From assembly GCA_016933215.1 (NCBI GenBank), contig JAFGBH010000008.1:52854-116853 (forward strand): a stretch of DNA of 64,000 bases. The letters run 5' to 3'. The notes below the pieces were generated by a model. The model had not been told where the DNA came from, did not search any database, and saw nothing but the letters and a program-made list of their open reading frames with translations. The position numbers were made by a program, and so were the translations under genes. This DNA is from Deltaproteobacteria bacterium. Its GTDB lineage: Bacteria; Desulfobacterota; Syntrophia; Syntrophales; UBA2210. Numbering within the stretch: position 1 is the first letter of the stretch; every line of letters begins with the position of its first letter. This document shows, one piece after another, positions 56,725 to 64,000 of this stretch.

Positions 56725-58335
56725 ATGATACTAAAAACTTTTCTGATTTTCGCAACGGGCCTCACCCTTTTCCTTCTCGGAATGTTCTGGCTCAGTACAA
56801 CGGTTCAGAGAAATTTTACCAGTACAAGGATTCGTGAACATTTCGCCCTTTCCGTTAAGCGACCGATTTACGGCATTGTAACGGGAGCCTTCACGACGAT
56901 TCTTTTCCAGAGCAGTTCCGCCACATCAGTTCTTGCCGTCGGACTCGTCGGCGCAGGGCTTATAAGCTTTTTTCACTCACTCGGCATCATACTCGGCGCC
57001 GATATCGGAACGACCCTTACCGTTCAGCTCGTTGTCTGGAAGATAACCGATATCTCCCCCGTTTTTATTGTCTTCGGCAGTCTCCTCTGGCTTTTGGGAA
57101 AGGGAAAATGGAAACCCGCAGGGGAGGCAGTTCTCTATTTCGGTCTCATTTTCTTCGGATTGAGCCTCGTTTCCTATGCAACGGAGCCGCTCAAAGACAG
57201 TGAAGCATTCATCTCATTTTTCAGGGGAATAGAACATCCCCTTTACGGACTTCTGATCGGTTTTGCCGTAACCGCACTCATCCAGTCCTCAGCAGTAACC
57301 ATCTCCGTTCTGGTTATCCTTGCCTCTCACGGCCTGATTTACATCGACATAGCTATTCCCATAGTTTTCGGAGCCAACATCGGTACGGCGGCCACGGCAC
57401 TCCTCGCAAGTCTAACTTCAAATGTGGAAGGGAAAAAATGTGCCATTTCTCACTTTTTCTTCAAACTTACCGGCGCGGTATTTTGTCTTTTGATTCTCCC
57501 CCCCTTTCTCGATGCGGTAAAAATTCTCTCTTCGGAGACCCCCCAGCAGATAGCCCTCGGCCATTTTCTCTTCAATTGTGTCATCGTCCTCATCTTCACC
57601 CCGATTCTGAAGCCCTTTGCCAGCCTTGTCGAGAAAATGATCCCGCAAAAAGGCGACCTTCTCCCAATCTGGCCGGAGTTTCTTGACGAAAGGCAACTTT
57701 TCAATGTTCATGAGGCATTGAATTGCACGAGAAAGGAACTCGAGCGGGAGACAGTCATCGCCCAGAAGATGGTCGGGATGAGTGTGAGACTTATAGAGGA
57801 TTTCAGTGATAGCGAGAAAACCAGTATCGAGTATATCGAATCCGTCGTCGACAATCTCAGGCACGAAATAGGAGATTACCTCTGCAAGATATCCTTCGAT
57901 ACCCTCTCGATCGAGGTATCCCAGAAGCTCTTTTCCTTTTCGGCGATTGCCGATGATTCTGAACGTATTGCCGATCATGCCCTAACACTATCCAATCTTG
58001 CCGAGAGAAAACACAGGCGGAAAATTCTCTTCACCGAAGAAGCGATGTCCGATCTCAGGAAAATAACGGAACTGGTGCTTGAAAACATTGCCGATGTAAT
58101 CGGGCTGATCAGAAAGAAAGACGGCGAAACGATCGAGACAATCATTGAACGCGAAGACCTCATTGACCGGGTAGTGAGAGATGCCAGAGGCCGTCATCTA
58201 GAAAGACACTACAAAAGACTCTGCACGCCGGAAGCCGGACCGATCTTTGTCGACATCCTCATACATCTCGAAAGAATTTCAGATCACTGTGAGAATATCG
58301 CAGAACATATCCAGGATATCGGGGCATCTGCCTGA
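56725..58335 (+). CDS. Na/Pi cotransporter family protein with PhoU-like C-terminal domain
   Basis: Duplicated 'QSS.AT/QSSAVT' Na_Pi_cotrans motifs, and a helical C-terminal part with 'ERI.DH' PhoU-like repeats. Confidence 0.8.
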   Translation: MILKTFLIFATGLTLFLLGMFWLSTTVQRNFTSTRIREHFALSVKRPIYGIVTGAFTTILFQSSSATSVLAVGLVGAGLISFFHSLGIILGADIGTTLTVQLVVWKITDISPVFIVFGSLLWLLGKGKWKPAGEAVLYFGLIFFGLSLVSYATEPLKDSEAFISFFRGIEHPLYGLLIGFAVTALIQSSAVTISVLVILASHGLIYIDIAIPIVFGANIGTAATALLASLTSNVEGKKCAISHFFFKLTGAVFCLLILPPFLDAVKILSSETPQQIALGHFLFNCVIVLIFTPILKPFASLVEKMIPQKGDLLPIWPEFLDERQLFNVHEALNCTRKELERETVIAQKMVGMSVRLIEDFSDSEKTSIEYIESVVDNLRHEIGDYLCKISFDTLSIEVSQKLFSFSAIADDSERIADHALTLSNLAERKHRRKILFTEEAMSDLRKITELVLENIADVIGLIRKKDGETIETIIEREDLIDRVVRDARGRHLERHYKRLCTPEAGPIFVDILIHLERISDHCENIAEHIQDIGASA

Positions 58336-58421
58336 TACAATAAGTTGCCCGTACATGCGCCATAAAGCTTCGCATGATAAAACAGCCTGACAGGAAAATC
58401 TTAAGGAAGTATTTTTTTACA

Positions 58422-59861
58422 TTATTTCAGCTTTTGGAACGGCATGGCCTGAAAGGCGGTATAACCTGTCGCGGAGGTCACGTCACCCTTTTCATTTCTC
58501 TCGATTTTAAATGTCCAGTTACCCAGTATGTCATCGGGGATAAAAAAAAGATCATCCGTTTCAGGATACATCCGCATTGTTCTTTCCAGTATTGTGCAAT
58601 AAAGTGTATCGCTCTTTCTAAAGACCGATACGCGAATATCACCCTGCCGCAACTGGTAGTCACCAACGCAGGAGTCAAGAATCGCCGGATCAAGTTTTAT
58701 AATCTCCCGGGGCAAAATCGGCGGCAGCATGGCGGGAATGATGTAATTGATCAGCATTCCCAAGGTCTGTAATTCCAGGATACTATTATAATTTCCCCCC
58801 GTGAAAACTGCCACCAGGTCCAATCCCGGACAGACGAATATATAATTTCCACCATTACCGGCCGCCCAGTATCCGGTAATAATTTGCTCACCGATTAGCT
58901 GTTCGCCCACCCACCACAGATACCCGTAGCCCCAGTTATTTTCTGATTTCTCATGCTCCCTGGTCGATTCTCCTATCCATTTTTCTGAGACAATTTGTTT
59001 GCCCTTCCATTTCCCGCCCTCCAGCATGAGAAGGCCGATCTTCGCCATATCCCTCGGTTTCATTTTCGCATTTCCGGCAATCCATGCCCGCCCTTTCGGG
59101 GAAAACCCCCAGTGAAACTCATTGATCCCCAATGGTTCAAAGAGATACCTCTCCGCAAAATCCGGGATGGTCATTGTGGATGTCTTTGAGATAATTTGAC
59201 TCACCAACATGAGGCTGCTGCTGTTATAGGCCCAATGTTCCCCAGGCTTATGGGCCATCGGGAGATTGAGGGCATACTCCACCCAGTCATCGGCCCCGTA
59301 CATCGCCTTTTCACACTCGAATTTCGGCGTTGCATGATCATTACAGGCATATCCCGACGTCATGGTCAATAACGACTCCAATGTTACATCCCTGACCCTC
59401 GCATCCCATTCCTGTCCGATGTCGTACTCTTTGAAGTAGGGATATATTTTCTCCTTTATATCCTTAATGAAACGATGATCGATGGCTATCCCGGTCAGTA
59501 TGGAGCCGATCGATTTGGTGGCGGAACGGATCTGATGAGGTTTTTCACGATCGAAACCATGAAAATATTCCTCGAGCATGAGTTTCCCGTCCTTTACGAG
59601 GAGCACGCCATGGATATTCTTGTAGTCGCCGTTCCGGATATGACGAATCAGGTCAATGAGTTTATCAGCATCGATAGTGGTTTTATAAAGAGATTCCGTT
59701 TTCCAGCCGTCATCTATCACGGGGGGTATCCGGTAGGAATAATCGGCATTTGGTCCGCTGAAGCAGATTCCGGTCGGGAACAGGATACAACCGGTTGTAA
59801 AGAAAAGTATAAGAAGAAAACGGACAAGAACGGTCAGTCGCTGCCATAAGCGATGTCTCAT
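58422..59861 (-). CDS. serine hydrolase, beta-lactamase/transpeptidase-like family
   Basis: Signal/TM N-terminus and the SxxK motif 'SATKS'. The extra C-terminal domain of about 110 aa is not recognised. Confidence 0.7.
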   Translation of the reverse strand: MRHRLWQRLTVLVRFLLILFFTTGCILFPTGICFSGPNADYSYRIPPVIDDGWKTESLYKTTIDADKLIDLIRHIRNGDYKNIHGVLLVKDGKLMLEEYFHGFDREKPHQIRSATKSIGSILTGIAIDHRFIKDIKEKIYPYFKEYDIGQEWDARVRDVTLESLLTMTSGYACNDHATPKFECEKAMYGADDWVEYALNLPMAHKPGEHWAYNSSSLMLVSQIISKTSTMTIPDFAERYLFEPLGINEFHWGFSPKGRAWIAGNAKMKPRDMAKIGLLMLEGGKWKGKQIVSEKWIGESTREHEKSENNWGYGYLWWVGEQLIGEQIITGYWAAGNGGNYIFVCPGLDLVAVFTGGNYNSILELQTLGMLINYIIPAMLPPILPREIIKLDPAILDSCVGDYQLRQGDIRVSVFRKSDTLYCTILERTMRMYPETDDLFFIPDDILGNWTFKIERNEKGDVTSATGYTAFQAMPFQKLK

Positions 59862-59942
59862 TATTTTTCTCTCCTACAGAGTATGACCTGTTATGGAAGG
59901 TGAGCCTAAGCCATATCCAAGTGAATACCGTTGTTCGATGAT

Positions 59943-60707
59943 TCAGTATTTTTTTGCCAGCTTTGACAAGGAACCCATTGCGGGTTTCAGCGTCAGATCC
60001 AACTCACGGGCAATTGCCCAGTAAAGAATCGTATCGGCAGCAATTATCGGACACTTGATCTTTGATTCCAGATCGGAAAGGATATCCAGCGTTCTCGTCC
60101 CGGCGCCGGTTACCACCATTGCCTCGGCATCTGGCGAAGCATCCGCAACTGCAAGAATTGATCTCATCGCCAGTTCATCTGTCATCGACCATCCGTAGTC
60201 TTCCATTTTCGCATCAGATTCGGTGAGCCCCTGGTCTGAGAGCGTTGAGACATGTATCGTATCGAAACCGCATAGTCTCAAAAAGGCTGCAAAACCATCG
60301 CGCCAAGCGGTGTCGTAATAGGTGCAGTTGACGGCGATCTTCTGTATGCCAAACGATCTGAGTCCGTCCACGATGGCGAGACCGGTCATCACACATGGAA
60401 TATTCGCAGCCTTCGACATTGATTCTGCTCGCTTTCGTGCTTCCGACTCGGACTCAGCAGAGGCCCATGCGAAGGGACTCCCGACCTGCGCCACCAGATC
60501 ACATCCCATCGCTTTCAAGCTTCGGGCGCACAGATTAAGCTCGCTCTGAACGGATGCGATACTTTCAAGTTGATAATCGAATTCGGGTATAAGGAGCGGT
60601 GCCTGCTGTGTCTGAACAGTTTCTTCGACGACTTCAGGAAATTCCGAAGGTGCCGGATCAAACCAGGCCGGTGCGCTTATAAAACCGATTGTTGGTATCT
60701 TTTTCAT
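59943..60707 (-). CDS. Asp/Glu racemase-like protein (maleate isomerase / arylmalonate decarboxylase family)
   Basis: Family-like layout with Cys-containing motifs ('NCTY', 'VTGAGTRT'). Start taken at M18 'MKKIPTIGF'; the ORF track gives 60758. Confidence 0.55.
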   Translation of the reverse strand: MKKIPTIGFISAPAWFDPAPSEFPEVVEETVQTQQAPLLIPEFDYQLESIASVQSELNLCARSLKAMGCDLVAQVGSPFAWASAESESEARKRAESMSKAANIPCVMTGLAIVDGLRSFGIQKIAVNCTYYDTAWRDGFAAFLRLCGFDTIHVSTLSDQGLTESDAKMEDYGWSMTDELAMRSILAVADASPDAEAMVVTGAGTRTLDILSDLESKIKCPIIAADTILYWAIARELDLTLKPAMGSLSKLAKKY

Positions 60708-61121
60708 AGTAGGTCCAACGCTTGAGTTAAGAAGCGGGCGGCTATCTGAAGCCGCCATGCCATGTTGTATGTCTTTTCTTCAATAAACCTTCTTTAAGTT
60801 TCATTTTATACCATGAATCTAAAAAGCAGGAGAATCGATAATAAAAATGAAGCATTAGAATAACGGCTATGACAGCCGCCCTTTTTTATCCGTTAACGAT
60901 TATTTGTTGTTTAAAAAAGAATTTTCCCTATTAAAAGCATCAATAATTAAGCATTCTTAGGGATGTTTGTCAATTTATTTAAGAGGGACAAAGTTACAAA
61001 GGCACTAAGGCACAAAGGGGAAGAAAAGAAAAGGCACAGAGAAAAATACAAAATAACTGGATTACGGACCGTTGAGGAAGAGATTGCCGCGTCGCATCGC
61101 TCCTCCAATGACAAGGGGGTC

Positions 61122-62315
61122 TTAATTGCGGAGCATCAGGTAGTTGACGGCCTTGTCCAGTCCGTCCAGTGTCAGTTCATACATGGGAAAGACCTCCTGG
61201 ATGGCATCGATGGTCCAGGTGTGCGACCACTGGTTGCGTGGGCGTGGATTCAGCCAGACAGTGTGGCGGAATGTCTTGGCGAGGAACTTCAAATTGTCGA
61301 TGCTGGCCTTGCTCTTCTTTTCCTCGAAATAAATGGACCCGCTTTCATACATGAGTTCATAGGGGGCCATGCTGGCATCACCAACAATAACAATCCTCGA
61401 TTCGGGGTCCTTGTTGGGAAAGGTGATAATCTTTTGGGGTTTTTTATACCTGGTGTAATCTTCCCAGACCTTCTCGTAAATCGTATTGTGAAAGAAGTAG
61501 GTCTTCAGCTCCTTGAACTGATCGCGGGCATAATCAAAGAGCACCTGCACGATATGCACATAGGGGTCCATCGACCACCCGCCGTTATCGATCATGAGGA
61601 TTATCTTGAGTCTGTCCTTGAGCCGCTTGTCGAAAACAATCTCGATCTCACCGGCATTTCTCATGGTTTCGTAAATGGTTTTATCTATATTGACCACATC
61701 TCTCGGGCCCGACGGCACCATGCGCCGCAGTTTTTTCAAGGCCTCTCCAATCTGCGACTGCGTGAGGGGTCCCTGCTGGGAATAATCGCGGTAACGCCGC
61801 TCGAGGGCCACTTTTATAGCTGACATGCCCCCTCCGGAACCACCGACCCGCATGCCACCGGGATGTACACCGGAATGACCGACGGGCGAAGTGCCACCCG
61901 TGCCGATCCAACGGTCGCCCCCGTGATGTTCTTTTGTCTGTTCTTTCAGGCGGTCCAGAAAATACTGTATCAGCTCCTCGGGAGTATATTTTCTCAGTTT
62001 ACTTTCATCAATGCCGAGGGCATCGGCCATCTGAGCAGGATTTTTAAGCCATTCCTCCAGGAGCGCTCGTGCAATCTCGTCGAGTTCAAGGTCGGTAATT
62101 GGAGGCATTTCCGCCCCCTCAAAGTAGTGGGCGAAGATCTGATCATAACTGTCAAAATACCTTTCGCTTTTCACGAGGGTGGAACGGGCAACGGTATACA
62201 GGTCTTTCAACGACAATACCTGGCCTGTATTGAGCGCCTTATGGAACCTGAGAAACGACGTAGGGGATACGGGAATTCCGTGATCTCTCAGGCTATAGAA
62301 AAAATTGATAAACAA
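61122..62315 (-). CDS. VWA domain protein, CoxE-like
   Basis: 397 aa. 'KIILMIDNGGWSMDP' is the VWA MIDAS region. Lies immediately downstream of a MoxR-type ATPase. C-terminal 'VWLNPRP' resembles 'VIWLNPEP' of the protein at 3..1007. Confidence 0.75.
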   Translation of the reverse strand: MFINFFYSLRDHGIPVSPTSFLRFHKALNTGQVLSLKDLYTVARSTLVKSERYFDSYDQIFAHYFEGAEMPPITDLELDEIARALLEEWLKNPAQMADALGIDESKLRKYTPEELIQYFLDRLKEQTKEHHGGDRWIGTGGTSPVGHSGVHPGGMRVGGSGGGMSAIKVALERRYRDYSQQGPLTQSQIGEALKKLRRMVPSGPRDVVNIDKTIYETMRNAGEIEIVFDKRLKDRLKIILMIDNGGWSMDPYVHIVQVLFDYARDQFKELKTYFFHNTIYEKVWEDYTRYKKPQKIITFPNKDPESRIVIVGDASMAPYELMYESGSIYFEEKKSKASIDNLKFLAKTFRHTVWLNPRPRNQWSHTWTIDAIQEVFPMYELTLDGLDKAVNYLMLRN

Positions 62316-62326
62316 TTCTTTTCTCC

Positions 62327-63178
62327 TCAGTTCTGAGACCGGGCAATCATTTTACTCGCCATTGCAAGGTCGGTGCTTTTCTTGAAAAACACGCCCAGAT
62401 AGGGGACATCGCCCCGACTGAGTGAAGAGACATCAAAATCAGGATCGGCCTTGAGCGCCCTGATCCAGTTGATCAGTTCCCTCGTGGCGGGTTTCTTCTC
62501 GATTCCGTCAACCCGTCTAAAACGATAGAATGCCTCGATGCAGGCATCAGCCACTTCCTGATCAAGGTTGGGAAAGTGCACGGCAATAATGCGTTTCATC
62601 ATATCGGTGTCGGGAAATGCAATGTGGTGGAAATTACAGCGGCCCAGAAACGGATCGGAAAGATCCTTCTTGGCGTTCGAGGTAATAATGATAACGGGCC
62701 GGTTCTTGGCCTTCACCGTCTTGTCGATCTCCATGATATCGAACTCCATCTGATCAAGAATGTCGAGCATATCATCCTGAAAATCCGTATCGGCCTTGTC
62801 GATCTCATCGATGAGAAGCACTGTCCTCACATCGGACACAAATGCCTGTCCTATCTTTCCCATCCTTATATAATCTTCGATATTGCTCACGTCTCTCGTC
62901 GAATCCCCGAAACGGCTGTCATTCAGGCGTGTCAGGGTATCGTACTGGTACAGTGCGTCAACCAGCTTCATACTCGATTTTACATTGAGTGAGATCAGTG
63001 GCATGGCAAGGTTTTCCGCAATGGCATGTGCCAGCATGGTCTTTCCCGTTCCCGGCTCTCCCTTGAGAAGAAGCGGCATTTCGAGTGCCATCGACACATT
63101 CACGATCTTCGCCAGTTCTTCATCAAGGACGTATTTTGACGCGCCTCTGAATTTCTGAAACGAATTGTTCTCAGACAT
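62327..63178 (-). CDS. MoxR-like AAA+ ATPase (CoxD-type)
   Basis: Walker A 'GEPGTGKT' and Walker B 'VLLIDEIDKA'. 283 aa; paired with a VWA protein. Confidence 0.85.
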   Translation of the reverse strand: MSENNSFQKFRGASKYVLDEELAKIVNVSMALEMPLLLKGEPGTGKTMLAHAIAENLAMPLISLNVKSSMKLVDALYQYDTLTRLNDSRFGDSTRDVSNIEDYIRMGKIGQAFVSDVRTVLLIDEIDKADTDFQDDMLDILDQMEFDIMEIDKTVKAKNRPVIIITSNAKKDLSDPFLGRCNFHHIAFPDTDMMKRIIAVHFPNLDQEVADACIEAFYRFRRVDGIEKKPATRELINWIRALKADPDFDVSSLSRGDVPYLGVFFKKSTDLAMASKMIARSQN

Positions 63179-63261
63179 ATTTTATCCCTTCCGTTCATAT
63201 CGGGCATGCAGGGGGGAGAATACATCCCCTCCCCCTGCTACCCTTTCAACTATCCAATTAC

Positions 63262-64000
<739 letters not shown>

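Overview
64 kb chromosomal segment of a Gram-negative, probably anaerobic bacterium (Tol-Pal envelope genes, type II secretion pseudopilins, selenium use; taxon not assignable from sequence alone). Most of it is housekeeping: amidase, metF, ctpA, tolQRA-tolB-pal-cpoB, pncAB, thrC, selD, pfk, a pckA-like gene, two peptide/nickel-type ABC systems, an amino-acid ABC system and a Na/Pi transporter. The clear accessory region is 5.4-12.9 kb. It holds an integron integrase (11549..12838, +) that carries the IntI-specific insertion. Upstream of it, read divergently on the minus strand, is an array of about nine cassettes, each bounded by an attC-like imperfect palindrome (...AAC ... GTT...). The cassettes encode two membrane proteins of unknown function, a pair of RelE/ParE-like proteins, a Zn-ribbon protein with a secreted trypsin-like protease, a methyltransferase, a hemerythrin and a RelBE module. 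The array ends beside tRNA-Arg(CCG). Two 150-bp elements that are about 90% identical and highly structured sit at cassette boundaries. Other notable signals: (1) selD is a selenoprotein gene whose in-frame UGA and SECIS-like hairpin split it in the ORF track; (2) a modular hairpin repeat family occurs about 10 times, always between genes; (3) a second, CGTAA/TTCG-rich repeat type occurs at two convergent gene ends; (4) an oppF/dppF-like ABC ATPase gene is frameshifted; (5) a MarR-linked pair of paralogous Cys-rich Fe-S proteins sits with a cyclase. No CRISPR array, rRNA, transposase or prophage was seen. All functional calls rest on motif recognition by eye, with no database search.
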